The position numbers were made by a program, and so were the translations under genes. The notes beneath the pieces are model-generated. The model was not told the origin of the DNA. It searched no databases and worked only from the letters and a program-made list of their open reading frames with translations. A stretch of DNA of 59,248 nt from positions 1 to 59,248 of the forward strand of contig JAZSET010000084.1 of the NCBI GenBank assembly GCA_045531795.1, given 5' to 3'. This stretch comes from Eubacteriales bacterium (GTDB taxonomy: Bacteria > Bacillota > Clostridia > Oscillospirales > CAG-272). Positions 19,414 through 29,804 of the stretch are shown one piece after another; within the stretch, counting starts at the first letter, position 1, and the number at the start of each line of letters is the position of its first letter.

Positions 19414-20142
19414 TCAGTATTTCGGAGACAGTTTTTTCTTTAAATCTGCAATAATTCTCTTCTCAAGTCTGGAAATATAAGACTGTGAAATGCCGAGAAG
19501 ATCGGCAACCTCTTTTTGCGTTCTTTCACGCATTCCGTTAAGTCCGAAGCGCAGAGAAATTATAATTCTCTCTCTCTCGGACAGGTCATTGAGTGCAGCT
19601 CTTATTATTTTTTTGTCCTCCTCAAGTTCAATATCCGAAAAAATACTGTCGCATTCGCTGCAAAGAATATCGGATAAAAGCAGTTCGTTTCCGTCCCAGT
19701 CCACACTTAACGGTTCGTCAATGGAAAGTTCGTTTTTTACCTGAGAGTTTTTTCTTATAAACATAAGTATTTCGTTTTCTATACATCTGGAGGCGTATGT
19801 AGCAAGTTTGATATTTTTATCCGCTTTGAATGTATTTATCGCTTTGATAAGACCTATTGTTCCGATAGAAATTAAATCTTCAAGACCAATCCCGGTGCTT
19901 TCAAATTTTCTTGCAATAAAAACAACAAGCCGTAAATTATGCTCAATGAGAGTCTGACGGGCATTTTCAGAATCATTTGTTAAGTTTTCAATAAGTTCTT
20001 TTTCCTTTTCGGGAGTCAGGGGCGGAGGAAGTGTATCTGTGCCGTTGATATAGTTTACGGAATCCGCTTTTTTCGTTTGTGAAAAAAACTTAAGTAATTT
20101 ACCCAATATGTAATTTTTTATTTTTGTAAAAGGTGCTTTCAT
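19414..20142 (-). CDS. sigE: Sporulation sigma factor pro-SigE
   Basis: N-terminal pro-sequence, [47 protein letters not shown]; follows spoIIGA. Confidence 0.95.
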   Translation of the reverse strand: MKAPFTKIKNYILGKLLKFFSQTKKADSVNYINGTDTLPPPLTPEKEKELIENLTNDSENARQTLIEHNLRLVVFIARKFESTGIGLEDLISIGTIGLIKAINTFKADKNIKLATYASRCIENEILMFIRKNSQVKNELSIDEPLSVDWDGNELLLSDILCSECDSIFSDIELEEDKKIIRAALNDLSERERIIISLRFGLNGMRERTQKEVADLLGISQSYISRLEKRIIADLKKKLSPKY

Positions 20143-20170
20143 AGGTACTCCTTTTGTTTGTTGACTTTTA

Positions 20171-21013
20171 CTATGTTATAAAAGACGGTACTATCGCCAT
20201 ACCCTTTTCGCTCCGGGAAAAGTCGGAATTGCTGACAGCGATTATGGCATCAACATCTTTTTTTGAATTTTTTGTAATTAAAGTTATTTTGTCGGGAATA
20301 AAACCAAGCATTAAAAGGTCACCGCTGATAGTTTTTGTCGGCAACAGCCTGATTCGTTTATGTAAGGTCTTTGGGATGTTATTGCTGTTAAGTAATGAAC
20401 TTTCCCCATCGATTGAAAAAGGGAAAACCTCAGAAATACAGGTTTTTTCAACAATAATTGCCGGCTTATAGCTTATTGGGTCACGCAAGAAATTACCGCT
20501 GTCCGAGAAAAAGGGAATAGTAATTGATTTTTTGTTGTATTCTATAAGGACTTTTCCGCAGTTTGCTTTTTTGCCTGAGGAAAGTAATCTTTTAAAAATC
20601 AAAGCACTTGCAGTAAGCGCAAAGGATAAGAGGATAAAAACAGCACTTGAAGCGTCCGAATGAGAATACAGGTTTATGTCCGACCTGCCAAGAAATGAAT
20701 ACACAAGAGTAAGAGATGTGCCAAGGGTAGCACCTGAGGCAAACAGACAGGCGCATATTTTTACATATTCTCTGGTGCTGTATGCTTTAAAAGCGACGGT
20801 ACACATTAAAAAGGTGGAAGATATTTCAGAAAGAGCAATTGCGAGGTTGTTTTTAAAGAACACTGTAAAGGTTCCGATGAGCGCACCGATTGAGGCAGAA
20901 AGCAAAAGCTTTGGAGTGCCGCTTTTTAACTTCATCATTTTTGAAGTCAGAATTAAAGAAAACCAGTTGAGACTTAAATTTACAAGAAATAATATATCGG
21001 CGTAAATAATCAC
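20171..21013 (-). CDS. spoIIGA: SigE-processing aspartic peptidase SpoIIGA
   Basis: [11 protein letters not shown]-terminus, five TM segments, DSGNFLRDP catalytic motif; upstream of sigE. Confidence 0.9.
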   Translation of the reverse strand: MIIYADILFLVNLSLNWFSLILTSKMMKLKSGTPKLLLSASIGALIGTFTVFFKNNLAIALSEISSTFLMCTVAFKAYSTREYVKICACLFASGATLGTSLTLVYSFLGRSDINLYSHSDASSAVFILLSFALTASALIFKRLLSSGKKANCGKVLIEYNKKSITIPFFSDSGNFLRDPISYKPAIIVEKTCISEVFPFSIDGESSLLNSNNIPKTLHKRIRLLPTKTISGDLLMLGFIPDKITLITKNSKKDVDAIIAVSNSDFSRSEKGMAIVPSFIT

Positions 21014-21101
21014 GATTATATCTCCTTTTGGCCGTTACCTAATTATATAACCGCAAAGGGAAGAAAAAAGTCGCAATTTTACGCCGATATGTACTTTTTT
21101 A

Positions 21102-22004
21102 TTATTTTACACTGATTATATTTCCGTCTGTAACAAAAACAATACTCGAATCAAGGTCTGTTCGGTACACTTTTATATTGTTTTCGTCAAACAAGGCAAG
21201 GACCTCTTTGTGCGGATGACCATAACTGTTGTCAATTTCGCAGGAAACAACTGCGTATTCCGGAGATAATGTTTTCACAAAGTCCTTGCTGTTTGAGGTA
21301 AAGGAGCCGTGATGTCCCGCTTTTAACACATCACACTTTAACTCACTTTCGTCAAATTTTTTGAGTATTTCTTCTTCCGAAAGAGTCTCCGCATCTCCCG
21401 TGAATATAAACGAGGTGTCACCATAGTCCAGTTTCAGAACGATACTATAATTGTTTGTTTCTTCGTAACTCTCTGAATTCGGAGCAAGGACAGTAAAATC
21501 AAGCTTTCCGAGAGAAAATTTGTCTCCGCTGAGTGGAATAGTTATTGTTAAGTTGTTGTTTTCAACAGAATCAAGGAGATTTTCAAAAGCGGCAGAAGAC
21601 TGGGTGCAATCGCTCATAAGAAGAGAGTCAATTTTAATGCTGTCTATAATCAGGTCAGCACCTCCTATATGGTCTTCGTGCGGATGAGTAAGCACAAGGC
21701 AGTCAAGCTTTTTAATTCCCTCGTCTTTCAGATAGGACAAAAGTTTTTCCTCGCTTGAATTCGGACCGGCATCAATAAGTACGGCAAAGGTATCATCCTT
21801 TATAAGAATACTGTCTCCCTGACCTACGTCTATAAAATGGACCTGCAGGCCGTCGATTATTTCTTCATGGCTGAACACATCTGTAATTCCGTGCTTTTCA
21901 AGTGCTGCTCTGAAAGTTGGTGAGAAAAAGTAAAAGCAAACGAGAATAGCGCACAGAACTACAACGGATATAATATTTATAGGTTTGTTATTTGTCTTTT
22001 TCAT
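21102..22004 (-). CDS. ComEC/Rec2-like metallo-beta-lactamase-fold protein with an N-terminal membrane anchor
   Basis: HFIDVGQGDS, LIDAG, THPHEDHIGG, FTGDAE, KAGHHGS, YGHPH. Confidence 0.85.
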   Translation of the reverse strand: MKKTNNKPINIISVVVLCAILVCFYFFSPTFRAALEKHGITDVFSHEEIIDGLQVHFIDVGQGDSILIKDDTFAVLIDAGPNSSEEKLLSYLKDEGIKKLDCLVLTHPHEDHIGGADLIIDSIKIDSLLMSDCTQSSAAFENLLDSVENNNLTITIPLSGDKFSLGKLDFTVLAPNSESYEETNNYSIVLKLDYGDTSFIFTGDAETLSEEEILKKFDESELKCDVLKAGHHGSFTSNSKDFVKTLSPEYAVVSCEIDNSYGHPHKEVLALFDENNIKVYRTDLDSSIVFVTDGNIISVK

Positions 22005-22133
22005 ATCTACTCCTTACAAGGTCTAAACTGATATAATTATAGCATATAAAAACAAAAAAACAAACATTTTTGTAATTCTTTTTAATATTTTGGGTTTTAT
22101 GGTTGCAAATAAACTTAAATTTCTCTAAAATTG

Positions 22134-22163
22134 TTGACACGGGGAGTAGATGTTTGATATAAT
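22134..22163 (+). promoter_or_regulatory. SigA-type extended -10 promoter for alaS
   Basis: TTGACA-18 bp-TATAAT with TGn. Confidence 0.7.
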
Positions 22164-22223
22164 ACAATAATGGAGAAAAATGTGTATAAAAGGCAGTGTA
22201 TGCCGTGAAAGGAATGATAAATT

Positions 22224-24854
22224 ATGAAATGGACAGGCTTAAATGAGCTCAGAGAAAAATATTTATCGTTTTTTGAATCAAAGGGACACCTGAGACTTCC
22301 GAGTTACCCCCTTGTTCCGATTAACGACAAATCTCTTCTCCTTATAAACTCGGGTATGGCACCTATGAAAAAATTTTTTACAGGAGAAGTGGAGCCGCCT
22401 CGTCGCAGAGTAACTACCTGCCAGAAGTGTATCAGAACTCCTGACCTTGAAAGAGTGGGACATACTGCCCGTCACGGTACTTACTTTGAAATGCTCGGCA
22501 ACTTCAGCTTCGGCGATTACTTCAAGGAAGAAGCAATTGCCTGGTCATGGGAGTTTTTAACAGAGGTTCTTGAAATACCGTCAGATCTTCTCTGGCCATC
22601 AATTTATGAAAACGATGAAGAAGCATATAAAATATGGACAGAGGACATCGGTGTTCCAAAGGAGCATGTTGTAAGACTTGGCAAGGCTGATAACTTCTGG
22701 GAACACGGAACAGGCCCCTGCGGACCTTGCTCCGAAATTTACTTTGACCGTGGAATAAAGCACGGTTGCGGCTCTCCCGACTGTAAGCCCGGATGTGACT
22801 GTGACCGTTATATGGAAATCTGGAATAATGTATTTTCACAGTTCAACAATGACGGTAACGGCAATTATACAGAACTTGCACAGAAGAATATTGATACAGG
22901 TATGGGCCTTGAGCGTCTTGCCTGCGTAATGCAGGATGTTGATAATATGTTCGAGGTTGATACAATCAGAAAGACTCTTGATGCCGTATGTGCAATAGCC
23001 AACAAGACATATGGAAATGATGCACAGAATGATATTTCAATCAGAGTAATAACCGACCACATAAGAAGCGCAACATTTATGATTTCCGATGGTGTTATTC
23101 CGTCAAACGAGGGCAGAGGCTATGTTTTAAGGCGTATTCTCAGACGCGCTTCCCGTCACGGAAAGCTTCTCGGCATCGAAAGAATGTTTTTAACAGAGCT
23201 TTGCGATGTAGTTGTAAATGAAAACAAGGCAGGTTATCCTGAGCTTGAAGAAAAGAAAGACTACATTTTCAAGGTAATTGCAATAGAGGAAGAGAGATTC
23301 AATGCTACAATTGACTCCGGTCTTGCAATTCTTAACGGTATCATTGAAAAGGCAAAAGAAGAGGGCAAAACAAAGGTGTCGGGCGAAGACGCATTCAAGC
23401 TTTATGACACATTCGGATTCCCTATCGACCTTACAAGAGAAATTCTTGAAGAAAACGGCCTTGAAACAGACGAGGATGCATTCAAGAAGCTTATGGCAGA
23501 CCAGCGTGAGCGTGCAAGAAGCGCAAGAGCCAATATAAGCGGCTGGAGCGATCAGTCAAAGACTCTTCTTACAAACTTTGATAAGACTGAATTTACAGGA
23601 TATAGCGAAACAGCAACAAAAGCAAAGGTTATTGGTATAATTGCTGATGACGAGGCTGTGGACAGTATTTCCGAGGGCGAATTTACTCTTGTTCTTGACA
23701 AAACTCCTTTCTATGGCGAGGGAGGCGGTCAGGTTGGAGACACAGGTGTTATTTTGGGCGACAATCTTAAGATTGAAGTTACCGACACCAAGAAATCTGA
23801 CGGCGTATATATTCATATATGTAGCCTTGTAAACGGCAAGGTAAGTGTCGGGGACACTGTAAGTGCAGAAATTGACACAGAAAAACGAGATGCAATCAAG
23901 CGCAATCACTCTGCGGCACACCTTTTACAGGCAGCACTAAGAGAAGTACTCGGTACTCATGTTGAACAAGCAGGTTCTTATGTTGATACCGAAAGAGTAA
24001 GATTTGACTTTACTCACTTTGCGGCGATGACAGCTGAAGAAATAAGCAAGGTTGAAAAAATAGTAAATGCTCACATTCTTGCAGGTGAAGCGGTTGTAAC
24101 AAAGGAAACTGACATTGACAGTGCACGCAAAATGGGTGCTATGGCACTTTTCGGAGAAAAGTACGGAAGTGTTGTAAGGGTTGTTAAGATGGGTGAATTC
24201 TCCACAGAGCTTTGCGGTGGTACACATCTTGACAATACTGGAAAAGCAGGACTTTTCAAGATTGTTGCGGAAAGTTCTGTTGCGGCAGGTGTCAGAAGAA
24301 TTGAGGGTATAACAGGAACAGGAGTTCTTGATTATATAAATGAAAAAGAAACTCTCATAACAGATACAGCAAAGGAATTAAAGGTATCAAAAATCAGCGA
24401 TATTGTTAATCATGCGGCACATCTCCAGAATGAGATCAAGCGTATGAGAAGCGAAATCGAAAGCCTTAATTCAAAAATTGCGGCATCAAAGACAGCGGAC
24501 ATTATGAATAATGCCAAGGCAGTTGGAAGTGTCAGACTCGTTACAACAATGACAGAGGCTATGGCTCCCGATGCGGCAAGAAGTGTTTGTGATGATCTTA
24601 AGTCAAATAATCCCGATATTGTAGTGGTAATTGGTACAAACTTCGAGGGTAAGCTCAATTTTGTAGCGGCTTGTGGCAAGGAAGCTGTTGAAAAGGGTGC
24701 ACACGCAGGCAAGCTCCTTTCACAGATAAGTGCCATTGCAGGCGGCAAGGGTGGCGGACGCCCCGACAATGCAATGTCAGGAGCAGCTGACGCATCAAAA
24801 ATGAAAGAAGCACTTGAAGCGGCGGCAGAACTTCTTGCAGGTATGGTGAAATAA
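22224..24854 (+). CDS. alaS: Alanine--tRNA ligase
   Basis: FFESKGH, NSGMAPMK, RHGTYFEMLGNFSFGDYFK, IDTGMGLER, ELCGGTH, GGKGGGR. Confidence 0.99.
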   Translation: MKWTGLNELREKYLSFFESKGHLRLPSYPLVPINDKSLLLINSGMAPMKKFFTGEVEPPRRRVTTCQKCIRTPDLERVGHTARHGTYFEMLGNFSFGDYFKEEAIAWSWEFLTEVLEIPSDLLWPSIYENDEEAYKIWTEDIGVPKEHVVRLGKADNFWEHGTGPCGPCSEIYFDRGIKHGCGSPDCKPGCDCDRYMEIWNNVFSQFNNDGNGNYTELAQKNIDTGMGLERLACVMQDVDNMFEVDTIRKTLDAVCAIANKTYGNDAQNDISIRVITDHIRSATFMISDGVIPSNEGRGYVLRRILRRASRHGKLLGIERMFLTELCDVVVNENKAGYPELEEKKDYIFKVIAIEEERFNATIDSGLAILNGIIEKAKEEGKTKVSGEDAFKLYDTFGFPIDLTREILEENGLETDEDAFKKLMADQRERARSARANISGWSDQSKTLLTNFDKTEFTGYSETATKAKVIGIIADDEAVDSISEGEFTLVLDKTPFYGEGGGQVGDTGVILGDNLKIEVTDTKKSDGVYIHICSLVNGKVSVGDTVSAEIDTEKRDAIKRNHSAAHLLQAALREVLGTHVEQAGSYVDTERVRFDFTHFAAMTAEEISKVEKIVNAHILAGEAVVTKETDIDSARKMGAMALFGEKYGSVVRVVKMGEFSTELCGGTHLDNTGKAGLFKIVAESSVAAGVRRIEGITGTGVLDYINEKETLITDTAKELKVSKISDIVNHAAHLQNEIKRMRSEIESLNSKIAASKTADIMNNAKAVGSVRLVTTMTEAMAPDAARSVCDDLKSNNPDIVVVIGTNFEGKLNFVAACGKEAVEKGAHAGKLLSQISAIAGGKGGGRPDNAMSGAADASKMKEALEAAAELLAGMVK

Positions 24855-24863
24855 GATAAGCTA

Positions 24864-24898
24864 AAAGGATGTTGAGAAAATCAACATCCTTTCTTTTG
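24864..24898 (+). terminator. Intrinsic terminator after alaS
   Basis: AAAGGATGTTGA-GAAAA-TCAACATCCTTT followed by a T-rich tail. Confidence 0.85.
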
Positions 24899-24927
24899 TT
24901 TTATAAAATTGTTTGTTTTGCGGGGGA

Positions 24928-25517
24928 GGGGTGTTACTTTCCGCACGCACGGAAAGTAACCAAAGGTGCGCCAAAAGGGGGAGAGACTAAATCTCCCCCT
25001 TTTCGCAATTCCCCCTCTAACGAACGCTTATCTCAACATTCACTTATCTTGTGCCCGCAAAGCATATTTTGTGTGCGTTATAGAGGGTGTCTGAACAGTT
25101 TGTCTTAGAAGTTTTTTATCTGTGGGTAGGACGCTCGTTGTGGGAATTTATGTAGGGTTTGGGGTATGGGTTGAGACTTCGAAGTGAAATAAACTTCACG
25201 CGCGTTTTGCCCGCCCGGGCTCCGGGCTGTGGGTAGGTCGCTCGTTGTGGAAATTTGGGTGAGTCCAAAGTCCCATCACTTTACACTACGAGCACAAAAC
25301 AAACAAATAAAGATACAGAATAACGCCAAGAAGGGGATATATAAGGGGGAGAATCAGCAATTTTGCCGCCGTTAAAGTAAATAGAGCAAAGGCTACGGGT
25401 GCAAATGATGAAGTTGTAAAAAACTACAAGCGTAATTACGAAAACAGGGGAAGGCAAATTGCCTCCCCCTTATACGCACCTTTGGTTACTTTCCGTGCGT
25501 ACGGAAAGTAACGCCCC
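24928..25517. repeat. ~590-bp non-coding element bounded by 43-bp palindromic terminal inverted repeats (MITE/REPIN-like)
   Basis: 24928-24970 and the reverse complement of 25475-25517 match at 41/43 nt. Each contains GTTACTTTCCG-N6-CGGAAAGTAAC. There are homologous inner AGGGGGAG..CTCCCC hairpins and an internal 30-nt direct repeat. Confidence 0.8.
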
Positions 25518-25551
25518 CGTTCCACTAACGACCTTATAGAACAAAAAACAA

Positions 25552-26745
25552 TTACGATTTAGCATTCACCGTTGTATAATTCCTGTCAACATTTATTACT
25601 GCATTGTATTCGGGCGAAAGCTCTTTTATCTTTCCCTCAATCATTTCGCATATTACTTTGCAGTCGGTCTTGCAGGAAGCGTTTATCAGGATATCAAACA
25701 GTAAGTTTGAGTGAGTCTGACCGAATACTACTCGGAAATCGTGCATTGATATCGGTTCGTGAAGCTCTTTTGATACATCAGCAATTATTTCACACACAGA
25801 CTTTTTTAGTGTTGTTACCCTCTCGTCATCAGTGACAACAGGATCCATGTGTATCACAAGCTGTATATCCATATTCCTGAGAAAATCAAACTCAATATTG
25901 TCAATAATATCGTGGCTTGTGAGAATGTCCTCATTTGCAGGAACCTCACAATGTACGGATGCAAAGACTCTGCCTTTTCCGTAATTGTGAATTATAAGGT
26001 CGTGAATACCGATAATTCCCTGGTAGGAAAGTATTTTTTCACTTATTTCATCAACAAGCTCATTGCTTGGTGCACTGCCGAGAATGGGATCGGCTGTTTC
26101 CATTATCAGCTTAATGCCGGAATAAACAATAAATACAGCAATAGCAAGTCCGAGATATCCGTCAAGAGAAATCTCAAAAGCTCGTGAAACAAAGGCTCCC
26201 ACAAGCACCGCACCTGTAGATATTACATCATTACGGCTGTCTGCCGATGTGGCTATGAGTGTTTTTGAACCTATATGTTTGCCAACAGATCTGTAAAAAC
26301 TTGCCTGCCAGAGTTTTATAAAAACAGAAATTATTAAAATCAGAATGGCAGAATTACTGTAGATTGAGACTTCTTTTGAAATTATTGATTCAATAGAATC
26401 TTTAAAAAACTGCACGCCGAGAACCGTTATTATCAGAGAAACAATAAAGCCTGCAAGGTATTCAATACGGGCATGACCGTACGGATGCTCGTCATCGGCA
26501 GGCTTTTCCGAAAGCTTGAAGCCGATGAGCGTTACAACAGAAGCACCTGCATCGGAAATATTGTTTATTGCATCTGCAATTATTGCAATACTTGAACAGG
26601 AAAGACCTACAATAAGTTTAATTATGAATAAAAAAACATTGGAAAGAATACCGATAGCAGATGCAGTTTTTCCGCATTTCTGATGAGTTTTGGCACTATT
26701 ATCATCAATATTTTTAACAAACAGACTTAATAAACGAAGACTCAT
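25552..26745 (-). CDS. Cation diffusion facilitator family transporter
   Basis: IADAINNISD, KPADDEHPYGHARIEY, ADSRND, HDLIIHNYG, and a duplicated C-terminal dimerisation-like domain. Confidence 0.92.
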   Translation of the reverse strand: MSLRLLSLFVKNIDDNSAKTHQKCGKTASAIGILSNVFLFIIKLIVGLSCSSIAIIADAINNISDAGASVVTLIGFKLSEKPADDEHPYGHARIEYLAGFIVSLIITVLGVQFFKDSIESIISKEVSIYSNSAILILIISVFIKLWQASFYRSVGKHIGSKTLIATSADSRNDVISTGAVLVGAFVSRAFEISLDGYLGLAIAVFIVYSGIKLIMETADPILGSAPSNELVDEISEKILSYQGIIGIHDLIIHNYGKGRVFASVHCEVPANEDILTSHDIIDNIEFDFLRNMDIQLVIHMDPVVTDDERVTTLKKSVCEIIADVSKELHEPISMHDFRVVFGQTHSNLLFDILINASCKTDCKVICEMIEGKIKELSPEYNAVINVDRNYTTVNAKS

Positions 26746-26777
26746 AAAACACTGTCCTTTCGTTTTTTGAGATTTTA

Positions 26778-26805
26778 TAAGGGAGGTGCCAAGGCGCCTC
26801 CCTTA
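26778..26805. repeat. GC-rich hairpin between rny and the CDF gene
   Basis: TAAGGGAGGTGCC-AA-GGCGCCTCCCTTA. Confidence 0.55.
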
Positions 26806-26898
26806 TTCTTTTGATATATACTCAACTCCAAATTACACATCGTGTAGTTTGCATTGTAATTTACATTTAAGCTCTATATATATCTTAATCCCGAAAGA

Positions 26899-28455
26899 TT
26901 ATTTTGCGTAGTCGATTGCTCGGCTTTCGCGAATCAGATGAACCTTAATCTGACCGGGATATTGTAATTCGCTTTCAATCTTAGCGACAATTTCTCTTGC
27001 AATGACTATCATCTGGTCGTCATTGACTTCTTCAGGCTTAACGGCTATGCGGATTTCGCGACCTGCCTGAATAGCAAAGGATTTTTCAACGCCGCTGAAG
27101 CTGTTTGTGATTTCTTCAAGCTTCTGCAGACGCTTGATGTAGTTTTCAAGATCCTCACGGCGGGCACCGGGACGGGCTGCGGATATAGCATCGGCTGCCT
27201 GAACGATAATTGCCGTAATAGTTGTGGGCTCAACATCTCCGTGGTGAGCTTCAATTGCGTGGATAATATCCTGATGCTCCTTGTACTTCTTGGCAATATC
27301 AACGCCGAGCTGTACGTGAGAGCCCTCGATTTCCTGGGTTAATGCTTTACCGATATCGTGGAGTAAACCTGCACGCTTTGCCGGCATACTGTCAACACCA
27401 AGCTCATCGGCGATTATGCCGGAGAGAATGGAAACCTCTATTGAATGGTTAAGTACATTCTGTCCGTAACTTGTACGGTATTTGAGTCTGCCTAAAAGTT
27501 TGATAAGCTCGGGGCTTAAGCCGTGAATACCTGTTTCATAAGTTGCCTGCTCGCCTGCCTGCTTGATTACGGCATCTACCTCACGGCGTGCTCTTTCAAC
27601 AGTTTCTTCAATGCGGGCGGGATGTATTCTGCCGTCACCGATAAGCTTTTCAAGAGCAATTCTTGCGACCTCGCGTCTGATGGGGTCAAAGCTTGAAAGG
27701 GTGATTGCTTCGGGAGTATCGTCTATAATAAGGTCAACACCCGTCATTGCCTCGATGGTGTGGATATTGCGTCCCTCACGACCGATTATGCGACCTTTCA
27801 TTTCGTCGCTGGGCAGATTAACAACCGAAACAGTTGCTTCTGTTACAAGGTCTGCAGCACATCTCTGAATTGAAAGTGCAAGAATGTTTTTAGCCTTTGC
27901 ATCGGCTTCATCTTTAAATTCCTGTTCATATTCAGCAAGGCGCATAGCCTTTTCGTGCTTGATTTCTTCATCAAGTCTATGGATGATCTCTTCCTTAGCC
28001 TGCTCTGCAGTAAGACCTGAAAGGTTTTCAAGAGTTCTGAGTTCGCTTTCCTTAAGCTTTTCAAGCTCGGCTTTTGCGTCCTCTGCTTCTTTAACCTTAT
28101 TTGCAAGGAGTTCTTCCTTGCTTTCGAGACTTTCGATTTTTCTCTCGAGAGTTTCTTCTCTTTTTGTTACACGGGCTTCTTGTTTTGAAAGCTCGCTTCT
28201 GCGTTCTTTTATTTCTCGTTCGGATTCGTTTCTCTGCTTGAGAATTTCTTCCTTCGCTTCGAGAAGCGCTTCCTTTTTTAAGGTTTCCGCTTCCTTAAAG
28301 CCGTCGTCAACTATTCGTTTTGCCTGTTCTTCGGCAGAGCCTATTTCAGCTTCGGCAACCTTTTTGCGATATACAACACCGCCTAAAAAGCCAAGACCAA
28401 GGCCAACAACGATAGCGATAGCAGCTACAATTGCGGTTAACAAATTAAATTCCAC
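26899..28455 (-). CDS. rny: Ribonuclease Y
   Basis: N-terminal TM helix, coiled coil, KH ([12 protein letters not shown]), HD domain (LLHDIGKA), [14 protein letters not shown] start. Confidence 0.98.
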   Translation of the reverse strand: MEFNLLTAIVAAIAIVVGLGLGFLGGVVYRKKVAEAEIGSAEEQAKRIVDDGFKEAETLKKEALLEAKEEILKQRNESEREIKERRSELSKQEARVTKREETLERKIESLESKEELLANKVKEAEDAKAELEKLKESELRTLENLSGLTAEQAKEEIIHRLDEEIKHEKAMRLAEYEQEFKDEADAKAKNILALSIQRCAADLVTEATVSVVNLPSDEMKGRIIGREGRNIHTIEAMTGVDLIIDDTPEAITLSSFDPIRREVARIALEKLIGDGRIHPARIEETVERARREVDAVIKQAGEQATYETGIHGLSPELIKLLGRLKYRTSYGQNVLNHSIEVSILSGIIADELGVDSMPAKRAGLLHDIGKALTQEIEGSHVQLGVDIAKKYKEHQDIIHAIEAHHGDVEPTTITAIIVQAADAISAARPGARREDLENYIKRLQKLEEITNSFSGVEKSFAIQAGREIRIAVKPEEVNDDQMIVIAREIVAKIESELQYPGQIKVHLIRESRAIDYAK

Positions 28456-28539
28456 AGTTTTACACCTCCTTGGATTATATAGTATTTATGTGAGAGTAAA
28501 AGGACATAAAATCCTCATTTTACAATTACACATACTATA

Positions 28540-28568
28540 ATTGTAACTAAAAATAACTGTTTTGTCAA
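28540..28568 (-). promoter_or_regulatory. SigA-type promoter for rny
   Basis: Minus strand TTGACA-17 bp-TACAAT. Confidence 0.65.
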
Positions 28569-28612
28569 TAGAATAACTGTAAATAAAATAATATATACAA
28601 GGGGAAATGCTG

Positions 28613-29785
28613 TCAGGGCTTTATTTCCACAGTGTACATTGAGTCAAATGCTTCGTCCGCCAACGCCATAAAATCAAGCTTGTTTTCCTGCACTAAAACC
28701 TTTTCAAGGTCGGGCTTTGTACGGGGATGACGGGGAGTAAATACGGTGCAGCAGTCCTCAAAAGGAAGAATGGATGTTTCAAAAGTGCCGATTTCACGGG
28801 CGATTTTGATAATTTCCTCCTTGTCAAGACCTATTGCCGGGCGGAATACGGGCATATTTACAGCAGCGTCTGTAACGGCAATTGCCTGCATTGTCTGACT
28901 TGCAACCTGCGCAAGACTTTCGCCCGTAATCAGGGCTTTGCAATTATACTGATTTGCGACTCTTTCGGCAAGATGCATCATATATCTGCGCAAAAGCAGC
29001 GTGAAATAGTCTTCCTCGCAGTTGTTTTTGAGTTCTTCCTGAATGCGGGTCAAAGAAATAATGTGCACTTTTATTCCCGAGGTATAGCCCGACAGGAGGC
29101 GTGCAAGCTCAAGCACCTTTTCGCGGGCTCTTTCGCTTGTATAGGGGAAACTTTCAAAATGAAGCGCTTCGATTTCGACACCTCTTTTTGCCATCATATA
29201 ACCTGCAACCGGGCTGTCAATTCCGCCTGACAGTAAAAGCAGTCCTCTTCCGCTTGAACCTTGCGGCATACCGCCCGCGCCTTTGATTTTTCCTGCATGT
29301 ACATAGGCTGAATTTTCACGGATTTCAACCATAACAACAATGTCCGGATGGTTTACATCAACCTTTATTCCGCGGACAGTGGAAAGAACTGCACCACCGA
29401 CTTCGGCGGCTATCTGCGGTGACTTAAGCGGGAACTTTTTGTCGCTTCTCTTGGCATCCGCCTTAAATGTTTTGCAACCGACAAGATAGTCTGGGATATA
29501 GGTCTTCACTGTTTCGAGAATAGCATCCATGTTTTTTTCGCAAACTGCGGCACGGCAAATAGATACTATGCCAAACACTTTTTTGCAGGCATCAAGAGCA
29601 CCGTCAATATCTGCAAAATCGTCATTCGGTTCAACAAAAACCGTGCTTTGGCAACGGCTTACACTAAACGAGCCAAAGTTCTGGATTTTTCTCTTGATAT
29701 CTCTTATCATTGCGTTTTCAAAGACGCTTTTGTTAGCACCCTTGAGTACAAGCTCTCCGTATTTTAAAAGTAAAATTTCTTTCAT
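28613..29785 (-). CDS. thiI: tRNA 4-thiouridine synthase ThiI (no rhodanese domain)
   Basis: KYGELVLKG, THUMP domain, LLSGGIDSPVA PP-loop, GESLAQVASQT, PFEDCCTVF. Confidence 0.95.
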   Translation of the reverse strand: MKEILLLKYGELVLKGANKSVFENAMIRDIKRKIQNFGSFSVSRCQSTVFVEPNDDFADIDGALDACKKVFGIVSICRAAVCEKNMDAILETVKTYIPDYLVGCKTFKADAKRSDKKFPLKSPQIAAEVGGAVLSTVRGIKVDVNHPDIVVMVEIRENSAYVHAGKIKGAGGMPQGSSGRGLLLLSGGIDSPVAGYMMAKRGVEIEALHFESFPYTSERAREKVLELARLLSGYTSGIKVHIISLTRIQEELKNNCEEDYFTLLLRRYMMHLAERVANQYNCKALITGESLAQVASQTMQAIAVTDAAVNMPVFRPAIGLDKEEIIKIAREIGTFETSILPFEDCCTVFTPRHPRTKPDLEKVLVQENKLDFMALADEAFDSMYTVEIKP

Positions 29786-29804
29786 ATTTTTTCTGCTTTC
29801 ATTT

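Noticed and set aside
21042-21088. Spo0A boxes upstream of spoIIGA (AGTCGCA 21069-21075, CGCCGAT 21082-21088) near a minus-strand TATAAT at 21042-21047
   Set aside because: The position is plausible, but each has two mismatches to TGNCGAA, which is too weak to call.
24869-25108. 79-aa ORF overlapping the left inverted repeat
   Set aside because: It starts inside the alaS terminator, has no RBS and runs through palindromic repeats. Typical spurious repeat-derived ORF.
25120-25256. Possible mini-CRISPR array
   Set aside because: Only two repeats, a 77-nt spacer, no leader and no cas genes.
27884-28540. 218-aa + strand ORF
   Set aside because: Antisense shadow of the rny coiled-coil region; Ser/Leu/Phe-rich composition mirrors the E/K/A codons.
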